A DNA stretch of 64,000 nucleotides from Nitrosopumilus sp. (GTDB lineage Archaea; Thermoproteota; Nitrososphaeria; Nitrososphaerales; Nitrosopumilaceae). Below the pieces are notes generated by a model, which worked only from the letters and a program-made list of their open reading frames with translations, was not told where the DNA came from and ran no database searches. The stretch spans positions 2,135,849 to 2,199,848 of the forward strand of contig CBDBLX010000002.1 of NCBI GenBank assembly GCA_965207445.1. The letters are read 5' to 3'. The position numbers and the translations under genes were made by a program. Shown here one piece after another: positions 49,469 through 59,748 of the stretch (positions are counted from its first letter, which is position 1; every line of letters begins with the position of its first letter).

Positions 49469-50275
49469 TCAGTCAACAACTTCTTTGCCACAATGAGGAC
49501 AAGTTCTTTTTGTGTTTTCACTTTTTTTGCGTTTACGCAACGCTTCAGTAAATGCAGATGTAATGATGCCTGTCAGAACAGCATAAACGGCGATACCAGA
49601 AATTGCAACACCAGCTCCAACTATTTTACCCATAGTTGTTACAGGGTATGTGTCACCATATCCTATAGTCGTCAACGTGATTATGCTCCACCACAACGCT
49701 GAAGGAATACTAGAAAATACATCAGGTTGAGCATTATGCTCAGCATAATACATCAAACTAGCAGATAAAAGCACCATTATGAAAAAGATGAAAAACGCAA
49801 CTACCAAGTCACCAACCCTTGCCCAGAACACCGCGCCAAGTGTGCTCAGTGACTCAGAGTATCGAGGTAATCTGAAGAGCGCAAATATTCTCAATAGTCT
49901 GATTATTCTGATGAATCGGGTATCTGATATGACAAACGGTAAAAAGAACGGTAGAATTGCGGCCAAATCAACTAGCATCATGGGAGACAGGATAAACCGA
50001 AGTCGTGAGAATTTTGAATTTTTATATTTTGGATTTAGATGGCAAACAGATATTCTAATTATATATTCAACAGTAAAAACAGTAATGGCAAAAATATTAA
50101 AAGGTGTAAAGAAATACCAATATTTATCGAACAGTGAATCCTCAGTTTCTAGAATGACAACGAATACATTAAGTAAAATAAATGCAACTATAAAATATTG
50201 AAATCCTTTTGCGGCTCGATCATTAGTAGTTCCTTCAACGATTTCATAGATACGCTGTAGTTTTATGCCCAACAT
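49469..50275 (-). CDS. 6-TM voltage-gated-type potassium channel
   Basis: S4 RFIRIIRLLRIF, WW..TLTTIGYGD filter, C-terminal CPHCG. Confidence 0.93.
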   Translation of the reverse strand: MLGIKLQRIYEIVEGTTNDRAAKGFQYFIVAFILLNVFVVILETEDSLFDKYWYFFTPFNIFAITVFTVEYIIRISVCHLNPKYKNSKFSRLRFILSPMMLVDLAAILPFFLPFVISDTRFIRIIRLLRIFALFRLPRYSESLSTLGAVFWARVGDLVVAFFIFFIMVLLSASLMYYAEHNAQPDVFSSIPSALWWSIITLTTIGYGDTYPVTTMGKIVGAGVAISGIAVYAVLTGIITSAFTEALRKRKKSENTKRTCPHCGKEVVD

Positions 50276-50284
50276 ATAACAACA

Positions 50285-51931
50285 CTACAACCACTGCTTT
50301 CGTTTAAACCACAACGTCATAAAGAGTACAATTATGAACATGATACCAAGCATGACAAAATAACTTCCTTCCCATGCAAGCTCTGGAATGTACGCAAAGT
50401 TTGTACCATAAACTCCTGCAATGAATGTGATTGGGATAAATATACTAGCAATTACAGTCAACGTCTTCATTACCTCATTCATCTTGTTGCTTACACTTGA
50501 GAGATATGTATCGAGCATACCTCCAATCACATCTCGAAGGGACTCAATTGTATCCATCACCTGAATTGTATGTCCATAAGCATCCCTCAAGTAAGTCTTT
50601 GTCTCTGCAGAGACCAAACTAGATGTCGTTCGCTCAAAAGCATGAATCACTTCTCTAAGTGGCCAGACGGTTTTTCGTAAAACCATTATCTGTCGTTTGA
50701 GTGAATGAATTGTTTGAAGGGTCAAAGGTTGTGGATTTGACATTAGTTCCTCTTCAAGTGTTTCGGTTCTAGCTCCTATCTTTTCTATTACAGCAAAAAA
50801 GTTGTCAATGAGGGCATCTGTGAGAAGATACGACAAGTAATCACTTTTTTGTTGTCTCACATCACCTTTATCAACTCGAATCCGCTCTCGAATCTTGTCA
50901 AATACATCTCCAGAAATCTCTTGAAACGACAAGACGTGATTTTTGCCTAAAACTAGACTTATCTGCTCTATGAGTAATTGTCCTGTATCTTTATCAAAAT
51001 GTGGCATCTTTAAGATCAAAAATATATAATTATCTGTAATCTCAATCTTGGATCTAATATCAGTATTCATTATATCTGCTTGGACAAGTTTATGCAGACC
51101 AAAATATTCTCCAAACCTCTCAATAACACCTGCATCATGTATTCCTGTAACGTTTATCCAAAAGAGTTTTTCGTAATTTCGAGTCACAAAGCAGGTCTCT
51201 ATGTCATCTGTATGTTTGTCAGTCACATTATCCACATCATACTCAAACACATCAAAGGTGACCTTGTCTACCTTTTTTTCTCCAATGTGGATAAGAGCAC
51301 CAGGTTGCAGTCCCAAGGTATCAGCAACAGTATGTTTACTGCTAGATTTTTTGGTAATACGTTTTCCTAGCGCGGCTATATTTGATACACCAACATCTTT
51401 TGTGATCTCCTTGACTTTGGCAGTCTTACTTGCAACACCTACTACAATAAATCCAGATACTATTGAAAATATGAGAGTGACTAACAATGGAACAAAGTCG
51501 CCGATCAGGGCAGCAGCATATATTGTTTGAGCATCGGTGATCGATTCAGGAGGCACTATTACACTCATAATAAGATCTAGTAAAAAGAACAGAAACGAGA
51601 TCGCAGATCCAACGATTATAGCAGTGATTGGAGTGATACGAAGTGGAACTTGGAGATCTTTTTCATTTTTGTACGGCGAGATATATTTTTTTAATCGTAG
51701 AATCACTAACGCAACGACAGTTATTATTATTGTAGAGATTACCCACCATATGATAAGCCAATGCCCTTGAATGGATTCTATTTGTTCAATTCCCCTGATT
51801 AAATCATGTAGATCACCAGTCAATGAGATCGATAGTATAGAAGTTACAACACCCACAATGGCATTATATACAAAAGCAAAGACAAAACCAATAGTCAGTC
51901 GATTTAATACTACACCGACTTTATCTCGCAT
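50285..51931 (-). CDS. corA: CorA-family divalent cation transporter with extra N-terminal 4-TM region
   Basis: WINVTG, EQISLVLG, MNEVMKTLT, FIPITFIAGVYGTNF..PEL.W. Confidence 0.9.
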   Translation of the reverse strand: MRDKVGVVLNRLTIGFVFAFVYNAIVGVVTSILSISLTGDLHDLIRGIEQIESIQGHWLIIWWVISTIIITVVALVILRLKKYISPYKNEKDLQVPLRITPITAIIVGSAISFLFFLLDLIMSVIVPPESITDAQTIYAAALIGDFVPLLVTLIFSIVSGFIVVGVASKTAKVKEITKDVGVSNIAALGKRITKKSSSKHTVADTLGLQPGALIHIGEKKVDKVTFDVFEYDVDNVTDKHTDDIETCFVTRNYEKLFWINVTGIHDAGVIERFGEYFGLHKLVQADIMNTDIRSKIEITDNYIFLILKMPHFDKDTGQLLIEQISLVLGKNHVLSFQEISGDVFDKIRERIRVDKGDVRQQKSDYLSYLLTDALIDNFFAVIEKIGARTETLEEELMSNPQPLTLQTIHSLKRQIMVLRKTVWPLREVIHAFERTTSSLVSAETKTYLRDAYGHTIQVMDTIESLRDVIGGMLDTYLSSVSNKMNEVMKTLTVIASIFIPITFIAGVYGTNFAYIPELAWEGSYFVMLGIMFIIVLFMTLWFKRKQWL

Positions 51932-52214
51932 TTTTCATATCTCCCATAAAATTAACTAGTAGAATTAATAAATATTTTTCAAGTTCTGTACGATTATAGT
52001 TATCGCGTGTAAAATCAAAGTTCACATTAATTACACCATAGAGTTTGTCAAACATTAGATGTACGATCACATGATCTCTTTTGAGCATTTGCATCAATTA
52101 CATTTTCTAAATGTAACTGTTAAATGTTTATATTAATACACATAGTAAAGCTCATATAATTTTCAACACAAACGAGAGAAAAAATCAGTGTTGCAACATA
52201 TTATTGTTAAAAAC

Positions 52215-52838
52215 TTACAACTCTAGAATTTTTTTTACAGGTTTCCAACTCTTACGAGCAAAAGTTGGAACAGTGTCAGTTTTGCTATAGTATGATTCCA
52301 AAAACAAGACACTCTTAGAATCACTCGGATAACCACTTCCAACATTAGAATTTTTTTTTGCAATCCGTTTTATTGAAGCATCACGGGCAACTTTTGCTAA
52401 AATAGATGCAGCAGATACGATTGTAAATTTACTATCGGCATGATGATACGATTCTATATGGTCATTACCAGAAATATTTGAGATGTATCTTGCAAATCTT
52501 TGTGTATCAACATCACACGAGTCAACGTACGCCACATCAGGATTTAACTTTTGTATTACTCTGGCCATATATTTGGCCTCTAATCTATTTAGACCATGTT
52601 GTTTTACACTTGCGTCAATTGATCGTGGATGCACATATACAATATGATAAGAATCTGCAATACGACATATTTGTGGAAATAAAGTGCGACGTGCACGTGC
52701 AGTGTGCATTTTAGAGTCACGAATTCCTAGATTTTGCAACTCAACTATATGATCTTTTTGCATACAGATGCCTGCAATTACAAGTGGCCCCAACATAGAA
52801 CCACGTCCAGCATCATCAACGCCGCATACTAACAACAA
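52215..52838 (-). CDS. rnhB: Ribonuclease HII
   Basis: GVDDAGRG, DSK, SAASILAKV, GSGYPSD; start approximate. Confidence 0.94.
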   Translation of the reverse strand: MLLVCGVDDAGRGSMLGPLVIAGICMQKDHIVELQNLGIRDSKMHTARARRTLFPQICRIADSYHIVYVHPRSIDASVKQHGLNRLEAKYMARVIQKLNPDVAYVDSCDVDTQRFARYISNISGNDHIESYHHADSKFTIVSAASILAKVARDASIKRIAKKNSNVGSGYPSDSKSVLFLESYYSKTDTVPTFARKSWKPVKKILEL

Positions 52839-52876
52839 AACAAGTGCGCAGAGCACGTAATAAACGATGACATGAA

Positions 52877-54058
52877 ATGTACATCATGGAAGATGGCATT
52901 GCACAAAGAATAGATGAGATTACAGAGGGTGCCACCAAACTGTTAGTGCCCAAAGGTTCCATGACAGACGAGGTGCCACCAAGAGATGTTGCGTTTTATA
53001 ATCCAAAAGCAAAGAACAACAGAGACATATCAATTGCAGCATATTTGGCATTTTTGGAGAATTTTGAGGGTCCAAAAACAATCTTAGAAGCGCTTTCAGG
53101 TATAGGGGCAAGAGGTCTAAGAGTAGCAAATGAGGCAGATGCCCAAGTCCACCACATATACCTCAATGACATCAATTACAATGCAATAGAGATTGCAAAG
53201 AGAACAGCAACAATGAATGGATTAAGATCAGTGACATTTACAAATAGTGAAGCATGCAGATTCTTATCAGACCACGCTGCAAAAGGCACAAGAGGTGCGA
53301 TCGTGGATATTGATCCTTTTGGCTCTCCTGCACCATACTTTGACTGTGCAATAAGAGCAACAATGCACAGAGGACTCTTATCAAGTACAGCAACAGATCT
53401 TCAAGTTCTCAATGGACTGTTTAATGATGCTTGTCAGAACATATACGGTGGCGTTCCAATTCGCGGCGTCACATATGGCAACGAAATTGCAATTAGACTT
53501 GTGCTTGGATGCCTCAGATCAGTGGCAGCACGACTTGGCGTATCAATACAGCCAGTACTTGTGACAGCAGAAATGCACTATTATAGAATTTATTCATATA
53601 TAATGGTAAAACACACAAAGAGTGCAAATGAGGAGATCGGGTATGCCATCCATTGTGAAAGATGTGGTAGTCGTGCATTAATACGATACAAAACGGCAAA
53701 GTGTAATGATTGTGATGAATCAGATGTCAAGATCGCAGGACCGTTGTGGATCGGTTCTCTATTTGATGAGGCATTTGTAAAAGATACAAGTCAGCATCTC
53801 TCACACTTGTTAAAAGATACAACAAATAGCAGTATGCTCAAATATATGTACAAAGTAATAAAAGAGTCACAAGTGAATACAGGACTATATTATACAGTTG
53901 ATGAAATGGCATCACGAGCAAAGACATCGCCGCCGCGCTTTGCACACGTAATTGAGCAATTACAAAAGAACGGATTCAAAGCATCATCTACATCACTTTC
54001 GTACACAGGATTTAGAACAGATGCACCATTAGACATAATAAAAGATGTGTTTAGTTAA
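52877..54058 (+). CDS. trm1: tRNA (guanine-26-N2)-dimethyltransferase
   Basis: FYNP, NRD, DIDPFGSP, TATD, GPLWIG, FRTDAP. Confidence 0.94.
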   Translation: MYIMEDGIAQRIDEITEGATKLLVPKGSMTDEVPPRDVAFYNPKAKNNRDISIAAYLAFLENFEGPKTILEALSGIGARGLRVANEADAQVHHIYLNDINYNAIEIAKRTATMNGLRSVTFTNSEACRFLSDHAAKGTRGAIVDIDPFGSPAPYFDCAIRATMHRGLLSSTATDLQVLNGLFNDACQNIYGGVPIRGVTYGNEIAIRLVLGCLRSVAARLGVSIQPVLVTAEMHYYRIYSYIMVKHTKSANEEIGYAIHCERCGSRALIRYKTAKCNDCDESDVKIAGPLWIGSLFDEAFVKDTSQHLSHLLKDTTNSSMLKYMYKVIKESQVNTGLYYTVDEMASRAKTSPPRFAHVIEQLQKNGFKASSTSLSYTGFRTDAPLDIIKDVFS

Positions 54059-54268
54059 AAATATCAGAGTATCACAAAGTATATACACGTTTGACAAATA
54101 ATAGGTGATCATTTTATATATTCATTTTTTATATTCATTTTTATTTATGAATTCATCTTAATTTAGTGTAAAGTACAATATTAATATAAAAATATATTAT
54201 AACTAAATAATGTTTTACGTATAATTTTGAGTGATTTGTTTGAGGTGAGAATTTATCAAAATCATCAA

Positions 54269-54868
54269 TTAAGAAGAGCCGAGAAATCCCAAGCCCACAT
54301 AGTATAATTCACTGCTCTGTTTACGACTTGCCTTTGGTTTTGTCCCATACACTTTGGAAAACTTTCTTTTTACATAATCACGAAATTCAGCAGAGTATTG
54401 ACCATCAAATGCTTTGAAAACAGCATTGCCTTTGAGCGCCAAGACATCATCCATAATTTGAATACAGTCATAGTTTAGTGATATTTGCCGTGCATGATCA
54501 ACTGACCAATTCCCACTCACTTGGGGTGACAAGTCACAGATTACAGCATTAACCTTACGCCTAAAATGAGATATTATGTAACCTGAAAGTTTTACATCTG
54601 TAATATCACATCGCAATATATGAGCACCGGGAATTTCTTCAACGTATGATGTATCAACACCCATTACCTTGCCTTGGTTTCCAGCAAGTTTCACTGCCAT
54701 TTGCGTCCACCCACCTGGAGCACATCCAAGATCAAGTACAAAGAATCCGGGACCAATAATTCGATATGATGTATTGAGTTCTTTTAGCTTGTATGCAGCA
54801 CGGCTTCTATATCCTTGTTCGTGGGCAAGTCGCCGATAGTGGTCCTTGCGAGCATCTTGGAGTTTCAT
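54269..54868 (-). CDS. rlmE: 23S rRNA 2'-O-methyltransferase RlmE/FtsJ
   Basis: YRSRAAYKL, LDLGCAPGGW, KPKASR..SSELY. Confidence 0.95.
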   Translation of the reverse strand: MKLQDARKDHYRRLAHEQGYRSRAAYKLKELNTSYRIIGPGFFVLDLGCAPGGWTQMAVKLAGNQGKVMGVDTSYVEEIPGAHILRCDITDVKLSGYIISHFRRKVNAVICDLSPQVSGNWSVDHARQISLNYDCIQIMDDVLALKGNAVFKAFDGQYSAEFRDYVKRKFSKVYGTKPKASRKQSSELYYVGLGFLGSS

Positions 54869-56055
54869 TTAGATCTAGATTTTTTTGTTATAGTTACCCA
54901 ATCCTCAATATACTGACATGTCCTCGGGCTTATCTCGCCATCAAGAGTACATTTCTGCTCTACGGGGCATGTGAGACACGGAGCATCTTCAATTGATTGT
55001 GTACTGATGGGTGTCTTTTTTAGAGTTAATCTATAGGTCCATCGATCATTTTCAAGTAACTTTTCGCGTGTGATTGTGCCCATGCGCTCAAGTTTCAGCG
55101 CCAGGCGAGAGCCAATCATATCAGTTAGTTTAAGTTTCTTCCATAGTTCATTTTGCAACATGCCAGTAGATTCGCGCTCAGCTAAAATATCACATACTTG
55201 TCGAATGAGTTGCTCCATATTGACTTTTTCAATTTGAAATCGTTCAATCTCGTCCTCTGTGAGTTCGCTCTCAAGTTTTTCCTCCAAAGTAAGTTCAGGT
55301 ACCTCGTCTTTCTTGTCTTCTTCTTCACTCTTAGGATCAACTGAACCAGCACCTATACTAGAGGTGTCTTTTGAAGGATCAGTGGCAGGGTCGTTCTTTT
55401 CATCGGTACTGGTAGTAGGGGTAGGGGTATCAGTAGAACGTTTCTTTCGAGAAGTTTTTTGAGAGGTTTGTGTTTTAGTACGCTTTGGGGCAGGTTTAGT
55501 ATTGGTAGATGTAGAGGAAGAAGAATCAGTACGTTTTCGTTTTTGAGTTGGTTTTTTTGTAGATTCACTGGCAGCAGGTTTCTTGGCAGTACTCTTGGCA
55601 GTACTCTTGTTAGAACTAGTTGTTGTGGATTTTTTAGTACGTTTTGTAGTGGTCTTTTTTGTTAATTTGCCACGTTTTGGCGCGTCACCTGCTACAGACA
55701 CATCAGAGTTATCAACAGTACTGGCTTTAGTTGTAGATGTAGAGCGTTGTGTGCGTTTAGTCTTCAAAGAGGCATTTTTATCCGCACTAGTGTTATTGTC
55801 ATCTTTTGATGATTTTGATCTTTTAGAGCGACGAGGTTTGTCAGTCTTTTTAGGTTGAGTGGTAGGGGTTATATCAGAATCACCAATCACAGTAGATGAG
55901 GTATTTTTAGTAGGTTTGTTGCGTGTTTTAGTAGTAGTGGCAGCAGTAGAACGTCTCTTTTTTTGCGAGGTTTTATCAGATACATTGGTAGGGGTTTTCA
56001 TATTTTTTGTAGATTTCTGCGTCTCTTTTTCATTGGTTTTTGCCTTTGTAGTCAT
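54865..56055 (-). CDS. TFE-beta / RPC34-like winged-helix Fe-S protein with ~245-aa K/T/S-rich N-terminal tail
   Basis: wHTH GMLQNELWKKL..LERMGTITREK; PCLTCPVEQKC..SPRTCQYIEDW. Confidence 0.8.
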   Translation of the reverse strand: MTTKAKTNEKETQKSTKNMKTPTNVSDKTSQKKRRSTAATTTKTRNKPTKNTSSTVIGDSDITPTTQPKKTDKPRRSKRSKSSKDDNNTSADKNASLKTKRTQRSTSTTKASTVDNSDVSVAGDAPKRGKLTKKTTTKRTKKSTTTSSNKSTAKSTAKKPAASESTKKPTQKRKRTDSSSSTSTNTKPAPKRTKTQTSQKTSRKKRSTDTPTPTTSTDEKNDPATDPSKDTSSIGAGSVDPKSEEEDKKDEVPELTLEEKLESELTEDEIERFQIEKVNMEQLIRQVCDILAERESTGMLQNELWKKLKLTDMIGSRLALKLERMGTITREKLLENDRWTYRLTLKKTPISTQSIEDAPCLTCPVEQKCTLDGEISPRTCQYIEDWVTITKKSRSK

Positions 56056-56226
56056 ACAACATCACTGCTCCATTTATTACAACACATCTGAAAATTATGC
56101 ATACAACCTATCCTATTATTGTTACTAACAAAGACTACAGGTGAATATAAATGACAATATAGATAAAAATTATTACCAACAGTAGTATTGCAAGCGCTAC
56201 AATGACATAGTGCGCAAACACAACAG

Positions 56227-56730
56227 TCACTCAACAGTAAACTCCTCCTGCACTGAGATCAAGTGAACATCACTATCACCATCACTATCACCACCATACA
56301 TCTCAACTGTCATTACATATGAACCAGGTGAGTCAATAGAAGCAACAAAACTATCAGAGACAGGTAGTTCTACACCATCTGCAACAAAACATTGCTCAAA
56401 GAATGCTCTTTGATTCAACACGATATCATCAGCTTGTGCATCATGTATAGTAATGTAAAGATCGCCACAGTCAAAAGACAGGTCCATCACTGCAACACTA
56501 ATTGTAATTGATTCATTCACTGCGTATGATCTTTCAAGTCCAACTATACGTATGTCTTCTTCAGATGTATTTGCATGAGTTGTTGTCAAGTCATGTGTGC
56601 CAGATGAAGGTGGCCACATTTGGAGACTTCTATCAGGTTTGTCAAGCACATCTGCCATTACAGCAGTAGCAAGTGTCACTGACAGAATTATTGGAAGTAC
56701 AAACACTACAAACACTCTTTGAGACGCCAC
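56227..56730 (-). CDS. Hypothetical exported acidic protein
   Basis: N-terminal TM, beta-rich domain with Cys pair; GTG start. Confidence 0.75.
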   Translation of the reverse strand: MASQRVFVVFVLPIILSVTLATAVMADVLDKPDRSLQMWPPSSGTHDLTTTHANTSEEDIRIVGLERSYAVNESITISVAVMDLSFDCGDLYITIHDAQADDIVLNQRAFFEQCFVADGVELPVSDSFVASIDSPGSYVMTVEMYGGDSDGDSDVHLISVQEEFTVE

Positions 56731-56924
56731 ACATTACCTCTAAAATTCCCATATATCTATTTGACAGTTATGAATAGTAATCGTTAACCTCTGAAATATC
56801 TTTAATCAAAATAACATACAAGGGAGACTCAACGATAATCTCAAAGGTAGATTGAAAAATACACATGAATACAAATCAGACAACATAATGATCATAATAT
56901 TACTAGCCACATATTACAACTTTT

Positions 56925-57063
56925 GTGTGAACCAAGCTTCATGACTAATATGATTATTCAAAAACAACTCCTAGCCAAATGCATCGCATGCACAATATTC
57001 GACATGCAGACAGGGATGTGACAAAATAATTTCATTATTGTATCCAAAGAGATTGGTTCACAC
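56925..57063 (+). mobile_element. GTGTGAACCAA-family MITE, copy 7, with perfect TSD
   Basis: CAACTTTT at 56917-56924 and 57064-57071. Confidence 0.92.
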
Positions 57064-57500
57064 CAACTTTTTCCTAGAGTACGTTTTACTAGAAAACAAT
57101 TACATTTTGCAAAAAGCTACAAGTATTGATATCACACATACACCAGACTCAAACCTTGATCTAGACTGATAAGTTTGTCACACACTTGGCACAAAATACC
57201 AAACCATATCTACTATTGTATGATGGACAAAACTACAGTACAATATATCGCACTATGACTCATTATTGCAAGACAATCAGACTTTGCAAAATTATATCTC
57301 TAGTAGTTCATTTGAGCACGTAAATTAAAAAATGACTCATGATTTTTAGTCTAATTTTTGGAAAAGAGTGTGTGTTTATTCTGCATATTGCTTTATCCTA
57401 CCAAAATTTCATCATTCACGCATAAAACCGCATATTAACTGAGTTTACAAGAGAGCCCAATTACGAATAAGTTAAATCGTAATCATGCAACAAATGCGCG

Positions 57501-59606
57501 ATGAGACTTCGAAAATTCAGAGTCAGAGCATATCGATGTATACACGATTCAGGTGAGATTACAGTAGGTGACTTGGCAGCATTTGTGGGAAGAAATGAGA
57601 GTGGCAAGACCACAATACTCCAGGCACTCACACTACTAAATCGAGATGAGCATGTATCAGAGCTTGATTTATGTGATGAGATGGATGAAGAACTCAAAAA
57701 TGAGATAAGACTAGTAGAAGGGCAATTTGAGTTAAATGTAAATGAGACAAACACAATAAAAGAACATTTCCCCAAGTTGCCAGACATAAGACGCATCACA
57801 TTATACAGAACAAATATGAATCCCACAGTGCAGTATGAGTTTGATAACATAATATTTGATGACACAAATGCCAAAGATCTCAACTCGTGGGAGAACTTTA
57901 CAAAAAAAATAATCACATTTTTAAACACCATACCAAACCATCTCAGAATACAGATAGATACATCATTTTTTGACGGACCAGCACCCACAACACAAGAGTC
58001 TTTTGACAGTGAGATGGCAGAGTTTAGCAACAAGTTTCATGTCATAGCAATACAAGAGCCAGATGTAACAGCAGAGTGGCGTAAAATATACGAGAATCCG
58101 GAAAATAAATTTGCAAATTTACTAAGCGGTGAAAATGAACGAGTTGCACTTGATAATTTCGTAGAGGCAAACATTCATCCAAGATTTGTCTACTTTTCAG
58201 ATTACAAAAAGATTTATGGAAATATAAATTTAAGTGAATATATTAGAGGAGAGAAAGGTGGAGACGCCACACGATCAATTGAATACATAGAAGAGTTTGA
58301 CAAGGCAGAAACTGTCCGAAATCTCTTTTATTTAGCAGAACTAGATCTCAATGAACTAGAAGAGGTAAGTGACAGTCCATCAAAGTGCATCAAATTATTA
58401 AATGCAGCATCAAACAGGCTAACATCACGGCTCAATCCAGCATGGAAGGGAGACCCAATACGGGTAGAGTTGAGGTATAATCCAGGTAATATAATGAGTG
58501 TCGTAATATCAGATATTCACAGAGATGGTATCGTGACAAACACCGGATTGTTAAATAGACGAGCAGAGGGATTCAAATGGACATTTTCATTTATCGTCAA
58601 CTTTGCAGCAGAAACACAAAGGGCAGAATTAAAAGAGGCCATATTATTACTTGATGAGCCTGCAAGGAATCTGCATCCAACACAACAGATGGGTATATCA
58701 GATCTACTAAAGAATTTAGCAGGATCAAATCAAGTCTTGTATGCTACACACTCACCATTTATGATATTTGATTATACACCAGGTAATCTACTTGTTGTAG
58801 AGCTTGATAAAAGACTTCACCTGAGCAGAATATTTTATGATTATTGGAATGCAGATGACAATACGTTGACACCAATACTGTATGGACTGTCACGCGGTCA
58901 GGTAGAGTCGATGATAGACAGAGAGATTGGCACCAACTCACGCCCAATTATGATAGTAGAGACCATGTCAGATTCGATGTATCTTAATGCATTTGACAAA
59001 TTTTTACAAGATCCCAACATATCTATGAACCCGCTTAATGTGGTAGCAGCATATAACAAAAATGCAGTACTTCCACTTGCCATATTTTATCGCAGTCACG
59101 GATACAAGACTTTCATACTTCTTGATAATACCGAAGAGTCGATGCAAATATCATCACAGCTAGCTACAAACGGATTTTTAAAAGTACAGACCATATTCTA
59201 CGAGTTAGATGGAAAGAATCTTGAATCTATTGAAGATTACATAATGCCAGAGGACTATCTGCATCCGGTAAATCAGACCCATGAGATAAAACTTAGACGT
59301 GAAGGATACGTGTCCATAGGGCCCGGTGATATAGATCAGAAACAAGATAGTAAAGGAATAATTGCCAAACTTACTGAAATATGGAATGATCATAAAGAAG
59401 AAGGATGGGGACAGTTTGATAATGAAGAGATTACCCGATACATTTGTGAAAAGATTACACTAGGGGATGCAGATTTCCTATCAGATAAGACAAGAGATAG
59501 ATTTAGATCATTGTACAGATTGATGGCAGAGCGCATTAGACAGTACCAAAATGTCATTACAAAAGCAGACCTTGAGAGATTAAAACGTACACCTGCAAAA
59601 AGATAA
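57501..59606 (+). CDS. OLD-family-like ABC/AAA ATPase with degenerate TOPRIM-like region
   Basis: GRNESGKT, LLLDEP, ATHSP, IVETMSD, LLDN. Confidence 0.85.
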   Translation: MRLRKFRVRAYRCIHDSGEITVGDLAAFVGRNESGKTTILQALTLLNRDEHVSELDLCDEMDEELKNEIRLVEGQFELNVNETNTIKEHFPKLPDIRRITLYRTNMNPTVQYEFDNIIFDDTNAKDLNSWENFTKKIITFLNTIPNHLRIQIDTSFFDGPAPTTQESFDSEMAEFSNKFHVIAIQEPDVTAEWRKIYENPENKFANLLSGENERVALDNFVEANIHPRFVYFSDYKKIYGNINLSEYIRGEKGGDATRSIEYIEEFDKAETVRNLFYLAELDLNELEEVSDSPSKCIKLLNAASNRLTSRLNPAWKGDPIRVELRYNPGNIMSVVISDIHRDGIVTNTGLLNRRAEGFKWTFSFIVNFAAETQRAELKEAILLLDEPARNLHPTQQMGISDLLKNLAGSNQVLYATHSPFMIFDYTPGNLLVVELDKRLHLSRIFYDYWNADDNTLTPILYGLSRGQVESMIDREIGTNSRPIMIVETMSDSMYLNAFDKFLQDPNISMNPLNVVAAYNKNAVLPLAIFYRSHGYKTFILLDNTEESMQISSQLATNGFLKVQTIFYELDGKNLESIEDYIMPEDYLHPVNQTHEIKLRREGYVSIGPGDIDQKQDSKGIIAKLTEIWNDHKEEGWGQFDNEEITRYICEKITLGDADFLSDKTRDRFRSLYRLMAERIRQYQNVITKADLERLKRTPAKR

Positions 59607-59644
59607 TTCCTAACCACCACCATTAATTTTATTATTACATTCAT

Positions 59645-59715
59645 AGAGCTTGGTTCACACATAAATCTTAAAGGTATATGATCTTATTATTATGCCAAAA
59701 TAGATTGGTTTACAC
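59645..59715. mobile_element. Two solo GTGTGAACCAA-family ends in the same orientation
   Basis: AGAGCTTGGTTCACAC (59645-59660) and AGATTGGTTTACAC (59702-59715). Confidence 0.65.
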
Positions 59716-59748
59716 AAAGAATTTAAGCCATCACATCTCATTTTTCCT

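Noticed and set aside
9066..57063. ~145-bp repeats as integron attC sites or CRISPR repeats
   Set aside because: They are dispersed, have terminal IRs and 8-bp TSDs, and no integrase is present; MITE fits better.
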